Positions 31,473 to 41,050 of a stretch of 64,000 bases of DNA are shown here, one piece after another; positions within the stretch are counted from its first letter, which is position 1; every line of letters begins with the position of its first letter. A program made the position numbers and the translations under genes. The DNA is taken from NCBI GenBank assembly GCA_963829525.1, contig CAWHIJ010000003.1:1952001-2016000 (forward strand). Reading direction: 5' to 3'. The notes under the pieces are model-generated. The model was given only the letters and a program-made list of their open reading frames with translations. It was not told the origin of the DNA and ran no database searches. This stretch comes from an uncultured Actinomycetota bacterium. Lineage in GTDB: Bacteria; Actinomycetota; Actinomycetes; JAHEKZ01.

Positions 31473-32498
31473 CTAGGGGCTGGACACACCGCGCGCCAGG
31501 ACCACGAGCCGGGACAGCGCCCGCAGGTACTTCTTGCGGTACCCACCGGCGAGCATCTGGGCGGTGAAGACATCGCCGAGCGACGCTCCACTGCCCACAA
31601 CGCGAACACCTCGGTCGTAGAGGCGGTCGACCAGGACCACGAAGCGCAGCGCCACGGCCTGGTCGGCGATCGGCTGTACCCCGCGCCAGACAGCGATGTC
31701 GATCCCCGACACCAAGGCTCCATATCGACTGGGGTGTAGCACCGCTAGGTGCGCCAGGAGCGCCTCGAAGTCGTCAGCTGCGGCCACCCCTCCCGACTCG
31801 ACGGCCCTCTGCAGCTCAGCCTCGGTTGCCGGCCGCGGCGTGGTGGGAGCATCCCGATGCCGATAGTCCGGGCCTTCGATACGCACGACGTCGAAGTGCG
31901 CGGCGAGCCCCTGGATCTCACGCAGGAAGTCCGCAGCCGCGAAGCGGTCCTCGCCCAGTCGGTCCGGGAGAGTGTTGGACGTCGCCGCGAGCATCACGCC
32001 TCGCTCGGTCAGCCGCTGCAGCAGCGTCGCCATCAGGACGGTGTCGCCCGGATCATCGAGCTCGAACTCGTCAATGCAGATCAGGCGATGCCGCGTCAGC
32101 CGCTCCACTGCGTCGGCGAAACCGAGTGCACCGACGAGGTTCGTCAGCTCGACGAACGTTCCAAAGAGCTTCGGCCCCGTCACCTCGTGCCAGAGCGACG
32201 CCAACAAATGAGTCTTGCCCACTCCGAAGCCGCCGTCGAGGTAGATACCGGCCCGCCCCTCGGGTGGCGCTGGCGCACGCCGCCACCAGCTGCGCTCCTC
32301 CGTCGGGGAAGCGATCCGAGCTGAAAAGGCTCCTAACGCAGCGACCGCCGCCGTCTGTGTCGGGTGAAGCGGGTCGGGCACATAGTTGTGGAAGCCAACT
32401 TGTGCGAAGAGTGGCGGGGGAACCAGAGTGGCCACCAGAGCAGCGGCATCCACCTGCGGGAATCGGTCGACGAGGCTGACGGTGGACACGGTGGACAC
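31473..32498 (-). CDS. zapE: AFG1/ZapE family ATPase
   Basis: YLDGGFGVGKTHL, CIDEFELDDPGD, ATSN, GPDYR, YRKKY.R.LSRL. Confidence 0.9.
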   Translation of the reverse strand: MSTVSTVSLVDRFPQVDAAALVATLVPPPLFAQVGFHNYVPDPLHPTQTAAVAALGAFSARIASPTEERSWWRRAPAPPEGRAGIYLDGGFGVGKTHLLASLWHEVTGPKLFGTFVELTNLVGALGFADAVERLTRHRLICIDEFELDDPGDTVLMATLLQRLTERGVMLAATSNTLPDRLGEDRFAAADFLREIQGLAAHFDVVRIEGPDYRHRDAPTTPRPATEAELQRAVESGGVAAADDFEALLAHLAVLHPSRYGALVSGIDIAVWRGVQPIADQAVALRFVVLVDRLYDRGVRVVGSGASLGDVFTAQMLAGGYRKKYLRALSRLVVLARGVSSP

Positions 32499-32553
32499 GG
32501 TGTCTGAGGGTACGGGGCAAGACGCCTCGCTCTTCCTCTGCCACCATCGGTTC

Positions 32554-33303
32554 GTGCACCGACTGCTCCCAGCCCCACCCCTCACCATCACGCCGCGCAG
32601 CGACGTCGAAGCTCTGGCCGCGCACTACGCCTACCCCGACAACGGTGCCGTTCGCGCCAACATGGTGGCATCCATCGACGGCGCCATCAGTCTCGACGGC
32701 AGGTCGCAACCGATCTCCGGAGACTCCGACTGGTTCCTCTTCGGACTGCAGCGAGCCTTGGCCGACGTCATCGTCGTCGGGGCAGGCACAGCACGCGCCG
32801 AAGGCTACGGCCCCGGGCGCGCGCGGCCGGAGTTCGCCGCCCTGCGTGAGCGAGCCGGACAGCCAGCAGCTCCGACCCTTGCCCTGGTCACCGCGAGCGG
32901 GAAGCTGGACCCGTCCGCTGACTATTTCGGTGGAACGTCTCGGGCGATCGTCATCACGTGCTCCGCCGCACCGGCCGTGCACGTCGACCCTCTCCGAGGA
33001 GTGGCCGACGTCGTCGTGAGCGGCGATGGCAGCGTCGACCTGCGTGGCGCATTGGCTGCACTACGCGAACGAGGCCTTCGCCGCATCCTGACCGAGGGCG
33101 GACCGACCCTGCTCGGAACGCTGGCCACCGATGACCTGGTCGATGAGGTGACGGCCACTATCTCGCCGTCCCTCATCGGTGGCGACGCCCCCCGCATGGT
33201 CGTCGGTGCACCAGGCGCTGTGCGTCCGCTGACTCTCGTGGGGCTGCTCGAGGACGATGGAGCGCTCTTCACCCACTACCGGCGCTTCCGTGGAGGCTCG
33301 TGA
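32554..33303 (+). CDS. Pyrimidine reductase / RibD C-terminal family protein
   Basis: RANMVASIDG, VGAGTARAEGY, TEGGPTL, LVDE. Confidence 0.88.
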   Translation: MHRLLPAPPLTITPRSDVEALAAHYAYPDNGAVRANMVASIDGAISLDGRSQPISGDSDWFLFGLQRALADVIVVGAGTARAEGYGPGRARPEFAALRERAGQPAAPTLALVTASGKLDPSADYFGGTSRAIVITCSAAPAVHVDPLRGVADVVVSGDGSVDLRGALAALRERGLRRILTEGGPTLLGTLATDDLVDEVTATISPSLIGGDAPRMVVGAPGAVRPLTLVGLLEDDGALFTHYRRFRGGS

Positions 33304-34430
33304 TGGCCAGCACTCGGCTGACTCCCCCCGTGGCACCCATGCTTGCCAAGGCGGCCAAGACGGTTCCCGATGGCGCGGGCGAGGCGCCCGGGTACCTCTA
33401 CGAGCCGAAGTGGGACGGGTTTCGGTGCCTGCTCTTCATCGGAACGCCTGAAAGGGCAGGAGTCGAATGTCCTGTCGAGGTGGCCGGTCGTTCGGAGTCG
33501 CTCACCCGCTACTTTCCCGAGATCGTCGCAGCCGCGTCGCAGCTCCTGACAGGTCCACTCGTACTCGACGGCGAGCTGGTGGTGGCGCAGGGGTCAGCGG
33601 GAGATGGTGCGTCAGGAAGCGCCCTCGACTTCGACTCGCTGTCGGCCCGGATCCACCCGGCGGCATCCCGCGTCACCCTGCTCGCTGAGCAGACGCCTGC
33701 TTGGTTCATCGCCTTCGACCTGCTCGAGGACGCAGACGGCGTCCATTTGGATGCGCCGTTCTCCGAGCGTCGTCAGCTGCTCGAGGCTGCGGCTCACGAC
33801 TGGGCACGACCGTTCTTCCTCACTCCTGCTACCACCGACGCGGACGAGGCACGTCGGTGGTTTGCGACTTTCGAAGGTGCGGGTATGGATGGCGTGATGG
33901 CCAAGCCGCTAGCCGAGCCCTATGCACCTGGCAAGCGCACGCTCACAAAGGTGAAACACCAGCGCACCGCCGACTGTGTGGTCGCCGGGTATCGATGGCA
34001 CACCTCCGGTCCCGTGGTCGGGTCACTCCTTCTGGGGTTGTACGACGACCAGGGCAGCTTCCAGCACGTGGGCGTCTGTTCGTCCTTCACCGCTACTCGT
34101 CGGGCCGAGCTGGTGGACGAGCTCGCCCCCCTGGTGACAGACCTCGAAGACCATCCGTGGAATCCCGAGACCGCAGACTCGACGGGTATTCGGCGCCCGG
34201 GGGTGGTGAACCGCTGGAATGCCAAGAAGAACATGACCTTCGTTCCGCTTCGGCCCGAACTCGTCGTCGAGGTCGCCTATGACCAACTTCAGGGTGACCG
34301 CTTTCGGCACAACCCGCGCTTCGCTCGTTGGCGCCCGGACCGCAAGGCGGCATCCTGCACCTTCGACCAGCTGGAGCGCCCCGTCTCATACGATGTCGGC
34401 GAGGTGCTGCGACGCGGCCTTCCCTCATAG
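33300..34430 (+). CDS. ligC: ATP-dependent DNA ligase LigC
   Basis: PMLAK, EPKWDGFR, LDGEL, AFDLL, DGVMAK, KVKHQRTADCVV, RWRPDR. Confidence 0.9.
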   Translation: MMASTRLTPPVAPMLAKAAKTVPDGAGEAPGYLYEPKWDGFRCLLFIGTPERAGVECPVEVAGRSESLTRYFPEIVAAASQLLTGPLVLDGELVVAQGSAGDGASGSALDFDSLSARIHPAASRVTLLAEQTPAWFIAFDLLEDADGVHLDAPFSERRQLLEAAAHDWARPFFLTPATTDADEARRWFATFEGAGMDGVMAKPLAEPYAPGKRTLTKVKHQRTADCVVAGYRWHTSGPVVGSLLLGLYDDQGSFQHVGVCSSFTATRRAELVDELAPLVTDLEDHPWNPETADSTGIRRPGVVNRWNAKKNMTFVPLRPELVVEVAYDQLQGDRFRHNPRFARWRPDRKAASCTFDQLERPVSYDVGEVLRRGLPS

Positions 34431-34444
34431 GCCAAGATGGCCCC

Positions 34445-34921
34445 GTGAGCCATCTCATCGTGTTGACCGAGAACGCCCTGACCGAGCACGACGTCACCCG
34501 GATCGTCGAGTGGCACGAGGGGGACCTCCAGCTCCACGTCCTGATTCCGGAGACCTCTGACCAGTCACGGGTGGACCAAGTTGTCGACGACGTGGCACGG
34601 GTCGATCTCGATGAACTGCGTGGCGACATCGCAGGAGCCAGCCCTGACGACAAGGGCCTGGAGGCGCGCCGCGCATTGCAGGAATCGCTTGAACTGCTGG
34701 CCGCACAAGGCCTCGCCGCCACGGGCGGGTTGACACCTCGCGATCCCATCGCCGCTACCGCCGCGTATGTCACGAGCGAGGACGCCGACGAGTTGTGGGT
34801 GATTACCGAGCCACACCTGGTCTCTGACTTCATGCGCCGTGACTGGGGCACGAAGCTACGACACCTCCTGAGCATCCCGGTACTGCACGTGATCGGCGGC
34901 ACCGACGAGGTCATGAATTGA
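34445..34921 (+). CDS. Conserved actinobacterial hypothetical protein (USP-like)
   Basis: LTENAL, ADE..VITEPH.V..F.RDW, PVLH. Confidence 0.7.
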   Translation: MSHLIVLTENALTEHDVTRIVEWHEGDLQLHVLIPETSDQSRVDQVVDDVARVDLDELRGDIAGASPDDKGLEARRALQESLELLAAQGLAATGGLTPRDPIAATAAYVTSEDADELWVITEPHLVSDFMRRDWGTKLRHLLSIPVLHVIGGTDEVMN

Positions 34922-37824
34922 GTAACCCGTTCGCGGGCATGGAGATCCCGAGTCCGGCTTTGAGCCTGGACCGAGCGGCGGCCATTCTGTCGGAGCGGTA
35001 CCGCCGGTCTGGACCGCTCAGCAGCCTCGGCAGCCATCAGGACCAGAACGTCATGGTCGACGACGCCGGTGGACGGTTCATCCTCAAGATCTCCAACCCC
35101 GGTTTCAGCCACGAAGGACTGCTGGCTCAGAACGCCGCCATGCTCCACCTGGCCGAGCGCGACCTTCCGTTTCGAGCGCCGGTCCCGCTACCGGACGCCG
35201 ACGGCGCGTTGATCGGCCAGGTGACCGACGGCGGCGCGACCTACGACGTCCGGCTCGTCACCTTCCTTGCGGGACGGCCGTTGGCCGACTTCGACTACCT
35301 CGCGCCCGTCGTGCTGCAGCGCCAGGGGTGGCTTGCCGCGTCAGCTGCTGTGGCACTGGCCGACTTCGACCATCGGGGCCTCGACCGCACACTGCAATGG
35401 GATGTGCGACATGCCAGCGATGTCGTGGCGGCCTTCGGTCCGTCGATCTCGAATGCCGCTGGCCGCGCCGACATCGAAGGGCAGATGGAGCGCGCCCAGC
35501 AAGCGATCGATGGGCTCGCGCCACACCTCAGACTGGCGGTCTGTCATGCCGACGTCACCGACGTGAACGTGGTCGCAGACCTGAACACTGCCGGTCAGCC
35601 GTGGCCAGATGCGCTCATCGACTTCGGCGACCTGCTGCGCACCTGGCTCGCCGCTGACGCCGCCGTTGCGGCTGGCTCGCTGATCGGGCATGAACCCGAT
35701 GATGCGCTCGGGGTGGTTGCCAACGTGCTGCGCGGCTACCACTCGGTCTACCCGCTCACCGACGAAGAGGTGGCGGCACTGTGGCCGCTCGTGATCGCAC
35801 GGGCGGCATCGAACGTGGCCAGCAGCGAACACCAAGCCAGGCTCGAGCCGAATGACGCGTATGTGCAGGGCTCGGTTGACGACGACTGGCGCATCTGGCG
35901 CGCCGTCAGGTCGGTGCCATGGCGGGCCGCTCACGGCGTACTCGCCGAAAGCGTGGGAATGCGAGCCGCTACTCCGCCGCCGCCTCCAGCACCACATGCA
36001 TCTCTGGTGGCGCTTCCCCCAGAGTGTCCGTCCATCGATCAGTCGGTGACCGCCGATACGTTCGACCCGGAGCGATGGAACCTCACCGGCGGGGTCCTCC
36101 TGCAGCTGGCGGACGGTTGGGGCATCGGACGCTACGACGAGGGCCGGCTGGCACCGGTCGGCGACGGTGGCGTCAGCACGGGAGTGGAAGTCTTCGCTTC
36201 GGCTGGAACCGAGGTGCGGGCCCCGGTCGCTGGCGTTGTGGCCCGGCTCGATGAGACCTCGGTGGCGCTGTCGCTAGACGACACTTGGCGCCTGATTCTG
36301 GGCGGACTCGATCGGGTGACCGATGCCGTGCAGGTAGCAGTTGGCGATCTGCTCGGCGTGGTGGCAGCAGCCCCCGCTTCTGCGCCAGCCGTGACGGTGC
36401 AGCTGGTGGCCGACGCGGAGCAGTTTCCCCCGCTGATCGCCCGGCGCGCCGACGGCTGGCGCCACGTGACCTTCGACCCGACCCACTGGTGGGCGACTGA
36501 ACCTGTTCCGGCGAGCTTCCCCTCGACTGCCAACGAGGCGGCTTCGCTCCTGCATCGCCGTGACAGAGTGCTCGCGCCCGCACAGGAGTACTACTACGAA
36601 ATCCCACCGCGGATCGAGCGCGGACGCCGTCACCACATGTTCGACACCGAGGGACGCCGCTACGTCGACATGGTGAACAACGTGACGATCCTCGGACACA
36701 GCCATCCGGCCATCGAGCTGGCTGTCAGCCGCCAATTGCGTCTCATCAACACCAACTCACGTTTCCACTACGCGGCGATGGTCGAGTTCTCCGAGCGGCT
36801 TGCAGCACTGCTCCCCGATCCCCTCGACACCGTGTTCCTGGTGAGCACCGGCAGTGAGGCAAACGAAGTTGCCCTGAGGCTGATGCGGGCCGCCACTGGA
36901 AGCCGCGACATCCTCGCGGTACGCAGCGCGTATCACGGGTGGACCACCGGCACCGACGAAGTCACGACAGCGATCAACGACAACCCACGGGCCGCTGACA
37001 CTCGGCCGCCGTGGGTGCACATCGTTGAGTCACCGAACCCTTACCGGGGTCGGTTCCGCGGCCCGGACGCCGGCGGCAGGTACGCCGCTGACGTCGACCG
37101 GGCCTTGGCTGAGGTGGCTGAAGCGGGGGATCGGGTGAGCGGCTTCATCGCAGAGCCGGTTTACGGGAACGCCGGCGGCGTCCTGCTGCCCGATGGCTAT
37201 CTGGCCGCCGCCTACGCCTCCGTGCGCGCAGCCGGCGGTGTCTGCGTCGCCGACGAGGTGCAGGTGGGATACGGACGGCTGGGCGACTTCTTCTGGGGCT
37301 TTGAGCAGCAGGCCGTGGTGCCCGACATCGTCACTATGGCCAAGTGCACCGGAAACGGAGTCCCGGTCGGCGCCGTTGTCACCACCCGCGCCATCGCCGA
37401 GACGCTGCGAACCGAAGAGGGATCGTTCTTCAGCTCGATGGGTGGATCCCCGCTTGGGTCCGTCGCCGCGCTTGCCACCCTGGAGGTCCTTGAGAGCGAG
37501 GGCCTGCAAGAGAACGCTGCGGTCATTGGTCGCCACATCGCCGACCGGGTGACGGCCCTTGCGGCCCACCACCCGTTGATCGGCACCGTTCACGGGTTGG
37601 GCCTCTATCGAGGGATTGAGCTGGTCCGCGACCACGAGACTCTCGAGCCAGCGACCGAAGAGGCATTGGCCATCTGCGAGCGCATGCGTGAGCTGGGAAT
37701 CATCGTCCAGCCCACCAGCGACCACATGAACGTCTTGAAGATCAAGCCTCCCCTATGCATCGACCTCGATGCGGCTGATGCCTTCGTGGATGCGCTCGAG
37801 ACGACGCTTAGCTCGGGTTGGTAG
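34918..37824 (+). CDS. APH-like kinase + M23-like linker + class III PLP aminotransferase-fold fusion
   Basis: GSHQDQN, LKIS, HADVTDVNV, IDFGD; YVDMVNNV..LGH, STGSEAN, ADEVQVGYGR, PDIVTMAK, LKIKPPL. Confidence 0.88.
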   Translation: MSNPFAGMEIPSPALSLDRAAAILSERYRRSGPLSSLGSHQDQNVMVDDAGGRFILKISNPGFSHEGLLAQNAAMLHLAERDLPFRAPVPLPDADGALIGQVTDGGATYDVRLVTFLAGRPLADFDYLAPVVLQRQGWLAASAAVALADFDHRGLDRTLQWDVRHASDVVAAFGPSISNAAGRADIEGQMERAQQAIDGLAPHLRLAVCHADVTDVNVVADLNTAGQPWPDALIDFGDLLRTWLAADAAVAAGSLIGHEPDDALGVVANVLRGYHSVYPLTDEEVAALWPLVIARAASNVASSEHQARLEPNDAYVQGSVDDDWRIWRAVRSVPWRAAHGVLAESVGMRAATPPPPPAPHASLVALPPECPSIDQSVTADTFDPERWNLTGGVLLQLADGWGIGRYDEGRLAPVGDGGVSTGVEVFASAGTEVRAPVAGVVARLDETSVALSLDDTWRLILGGLDRVTDAVQVAVGDLLGVVAAAPASAPAVTVQLVADAEQFPPLIARRADGWRHVTFDPTHWWATEPVPASFPSTANEAASLLHRRDRVLAPAQEYYYEIPPRIERGRRHHMFDTEGRRYVDMVNNVTILGHSHPAIELAVSRQLRLINTNSRFHYAAMVEFSERLAALLPDPLDTVFLVSTGSEANEVALRLMRAATGSRDILAVRSAYHGWTTGTDEVTTAINDNPRAADTRPPWVHIVESPNPYRGRFRGPDAGGRYAADVDRALAEVAEAGDRVSGFIAEPVYGNAGGVLLPDGYLAAAYASVRAAGGVCVADEVQVGYGRLGDFFWGFEQQAVVPDIVTMAKCTGNGVPVGAVVTTRAIAETLRTEEGSFFSSMGGSPLGSVAALATLEVLESEGLQENAAVIGRHIADRVTALAAHHPLIGTVHGLGLYRGIELVRDHETLEPATEEALAICERMRELGIIVQPTSDHMNVLKIKPPLCIDLDAADAFVDALETTLSSGW

Positions 37825-37967
37825 CGCCGCGAAGGCCCGGCGCGCCTGCGTGTGCGGGCAGTCCGGGTCCCCCGTTCGGCTCAACCTCAAATGGGTGACT
37901 ACCGACCGTCATCACGGGGGCTACTCTGGCAGCGTCACACCGGCACGATCATGGTCAGGGGGGCGGC

Positions 37968-38378
37968 ATGCGGGTCACTCACCGCGCTGCGTTACTCAGC
38001 GCAGTCGTGGCTGCCCTCGTCCTCCCCGCACTCCCGGCAGCCGCAGCAATCGCTCCCCTTCCCGAGACGGTGCTGAAGGTCAAGTCGATCGAGTGGCAGC
38101 CACGAACCGGAAATGTCGCGGTCACCGCATGGGTCAAGTGCTCAGGCAAGGGCACCTTCCGGTGGGCCGCAGCCGTCGATCAGCGGGACGCGCAGGCTCG
38201 CAACTCGTCAAATGTTCCATGCGACGGTGACGGGTACTTGTCGACGCTGATCCTCGATCCGCGTCATGGCCGGTTCCACCCCGGGACCGCCCAGTTCACT
38301 CTCGAGCAGTACATCGAGAACGACCACGCCGGCATCGGAAGCGCGACGCTCAAGTTCATTGGGATTACCCCCCGATGA
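37968..38378 (+). CDS. Secreted hypothetical protein, paralog 1 of 3
   Basis: Signal peptide; KVKSI...TGNVAVT..VKC...CDG...ILDPRHGRFHPG. Confidence 0.8.
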   Translation: MRVTHRAALLSAVVAALVLPALPAAAAIAPLPETVLKVKSIEWQPRTGNVAVTAWVKCSGKGTFRWAAAVDQRDAQARNSSNVPCDGDGYLSTLILDPRHGRFHPGTAQFTLEQYIENDHAGIGSATLKFIGITPR

Positions 38379-38815
38379 CGCGCCTGTCCCGGCTGGGCCT
38401 AGCCGCCGCCATCGCAGTTGCTTCGCTGGCGTCCATCGGCGCAGCAGCACCAGCCCAGGCAGCAACCTTCAGTCTCCAGGTGAAAGTGGTCTCCACCGAC
38501 TGGGTGCCCCGCACAGGCAACCTCGCCGTGACGGCCAGGATCGACTGCTCTCGACGGGTGACGAGTGCGTCCTGGGCTGTGAAAGTCAGGCAGCGGGTTC
38601 CAGGGAAGGGCCTGGAGAAGATTTCGTGCACCGGCGAACCACACTTGCTCACGATCCTGCTCGACCCAAAGAAGGGACGCTTCCACCCGGGGGCAGCGAC
38701 GCTTGAGCTCACCACCGTGGAATGCCTCTCTGACGTCTGCGCCGGCCTGATCTACCCCACCAACGATTTCCGGATTCCTCCCCCGGGGCAAAGCCATAGG
38801 CCGGGAACGCGATGA
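38375..38815 (+). CDS. Secreted hypothetical protein, paralog 2 of 3
   Basis: Signal peptide ending AQA; VKVVS...TGNLAVT..IDC...CTG...LLDPKKGRFHPG; ATGA overlap. Confidence 0.8.
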   Translation: MTRLSRLGLAAAIAVASLASIGAAAPAQAATFSLQVKVVSTDWVPRTGNLAVTARIDCSRRVTSASWAVKVRQRVPGKGLEKISCTGEPHLLTILLDPKKGRFHPGAATLELTTVECLSDVCAGLIYPTNDFRIPPPGQSHRPGTR

Positions 38816-39228
38816 CACGCCTTGGCTCAGCAATCGCGGTCTGCGCGGTGGCCGCATCCGCTGCACTTCTTCCCTCGGGTGCTGCTCTGGCCGGTACTGT
38901 GTCCGACATTCCAGATGTCCGTGTCAAGGTTCGGTCAATCACCCTTGACGGCTACACCGGCAACATCGCGGTACGGACCCGAGTCAGGTGCACCCAAGTG
39001 GTGCCCGGAGTCGGTACTGCCTCATGGCGCACCTCGGCGACGCAGGACCTGAAGGCAACCGGCGGCGCCACTATCACCTGCGACGGCGTGAGTCGTCGCG
39101 CCAAGATCATTCTCGACCCCCGCGACGGCAGGTTCCACCGCGGTGAGGTCGGCATGACGATCGACTACTTCGCATTCGGCTCCACCAGCGCTGTCGGCGA
39201 GGGCAGCAGCTTTAGCGTGGTTGTCTGA
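38812..39228 (+). CDS. Secreted hypothetical protein, paralog 3 of 3
   Basis: Signal peptide ending ALA; VKVRSI...TGNIAVR..VRC...CDG...ILDPRDGRFHRG; ATGA overlap. Confidence 0.8.
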   Translation: MTRLGSAIAVCAVAASAALLPSGAALAGTVSDIPDVRVKVRSITLDGYTGNIAVRTRVRCTQVVPGVGTASWRTSATQDLKATGGATITCDGVSRRAKIILDPRDGRFHRGEVGMTIDYFAFGSTSAVGEGSSFSVVV

Positions 39229-39367
39229 GGGCGAGTTCTTTCGTCGTAGTGGTGATCTCAGGTAAGGCCTCGGTCCCGTGTCGCGAGGGCACCTCGACCG
39301 CCAGCTCGAGAATCACCATCGACTGCGGCGCCCGCCGCTCGCTCTAGGGCCCGTTGCTCTCTCAACG

Positions 39368-40827
39368 TTATTCGCGGAGTGGTGGGTCGGTGGCGGTGGG
39401 GATCTGGTCGGGGTTGGTGTATTGCCAGGGTTGGGTGTGAAACTTCCGTCCGGTGGGGGTGGTCCAGGTCATGATCCCGGTGGGGTGGAGTGCGGCGTTC
39501 CATCCGGGGGTGTGTTTGAGGCGGTGGTGCCGCCGGCACAAGACAGCGAGGTTGGTCGCTGCGGTGGGGCCTTGCGGCCAGGGCACGGTGTGGTCGAGGT
39601 CGGTGCCGGCGCTGTCGGCGGAGCGGCGGCAGCCGGGGAACCGGCAGGTCACATCCCGGGCGCGGACGGCCCGGTCCAGCCCTGCCGACGGCCGGTAGCG
39701 GTTCTCGGCGAGGTCGGTCAGGATCCCGGTGGTCGGGTCGGTCAGCAACCGCCGCAGACTCACCTGAACGCCCAGCCTGGTGCCGGCCCCGGTCTGAGAG
39801 CCGTTTCCCGCCCCAGTGCTGGTGTCAGTCCCGATCTGGGCCTCAAGCCCTGATCGCAGCAACTCTGCTACTTCGGTGGCGGTGACCGGTCCCAGTCCGG
39901 GAACCCAGCCGGGTTGGTCGCTGTGTCCGGTGATCGTGTCGGCGGGCACGATCACCTGCAGGTTCACCGCAGGTGGCTGGGTGCGTCCGAGGAGTAGGTC
40001 GACCATCGTGTCGGCGCGGCGTTGGTCCATGGTCCGGACATCAGCTGCGCCCAGCTGCTGGGCGCAGCTGGTCAGCGTTTGTTGGATCTGGCGGGCCTGA
40101 ATGCTGGGCAGCATCGCCCACAGCTCGCTCATGCCGTCCTCACCGGGGGTGATGACCACCCGGCGGTCGGCTACAGCGCGTTGCCGGCGTTCCTCGGCCG
40201 CTTCAGGGTTGGCCTCGATCACCTTCCGGCGCAGCCACTCCCGCAGCTGCGGCGCGGTCCGGGACCTGCCGGGGACGGTGGCGTAACCGACAGCGTCGGC
40301 GGCTAGCGCCTCGACCTGTCCGGTGGTCACGGTGGCGGGATCGGAGCCGGGGTGCAGGTGGCTGAGCTGCTCGACGATCACCGCGACCTTGCGGGCATCG
40401 ACCCGGCCGGCCCGCCACGCCGCAGCGACCACCGGCAGGCCGGCGACCCGGCACGCAGTGTCATACCGGGCCACCGCGGCCATCTTCGTCCACCCCAGCA
40501 GCACCCCGATCTCATCGGGAACATACGTCTGGCGGCACTGCTGCGACCACATCGGCTGGCCGCCAGCGGTGACACTTCGGCCTGGTCAGCGGCCCGCGCC
40601 CGGACCCCCATCTGCACCATCGCGTCAGCCTGAATCGCCTGTGCCCGGTTGACGACCTGCTCCAACCTGACCAGAACCTGGCGTAGCTGGTCATCGGACA
40701 GGGCACCGGCCTGGCCAGTGTCACCGTCATTGACGGCGTCGTTCCTCGCATCGCCGGTGACGGCGTGGGTGGCAGCGTCGAGCAGGTGATCAACCTGTTC
40801 GACCAGCGCAACCAACGAGGAGTTCAT
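39368..40827 (-). mobile_element. DUF222 + HNH endonuclease gene (REP13E12-like), frameshift near 40555
   Basis: RTMDQRRADT, RARDVTCRFPGC, DLDHTVPW, NLAVLCRRHHRLKH, WTTPTG; N-terminus in frame of ORF 40378..40908. Confidence 0.82.
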
Positions 40828-40944
40828 GCACCACACTCTGCCAGCCGCCACCGACAAGACGGATCGAGTTTCTCCAGGCACAGCCTGCCGAAACTCGACC
40901 CACCTCACTTCACACTAAACGTCCAAATCCGGTACCCAAAGGGA

Positions 40945-41021
40945 CACTCGACGAGCAGCGACGTCAGTCAGGTGTGCACTCGACAAGCAGCGACGTCAAC
41001 CTGATGTGCACTCGACGAGCA
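40945..41021. repeat. 32-bp imperfect tandem repeat, ~2.4 copies
   Basis: CACTCGACRAGCAGCGACGTCA...TGTG units at 40945, 40977 and 41009. Confidence 0.8.
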
Positions 41022-41050
41022 TGAAAGGTGGCCCGTCACCGCAGCATGGG

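Noticed and set aside
32481-32502. 9-bp repeat GGTGGACAC at the zapE start
   Set aside because: Encodes VSTVST at a variable N-terminus; simple slippage
40945-41021. 32-bp repeats as a mini-CRISPR
   Set aside because: Units are head-to-tail with only a few variable bases; no spacers
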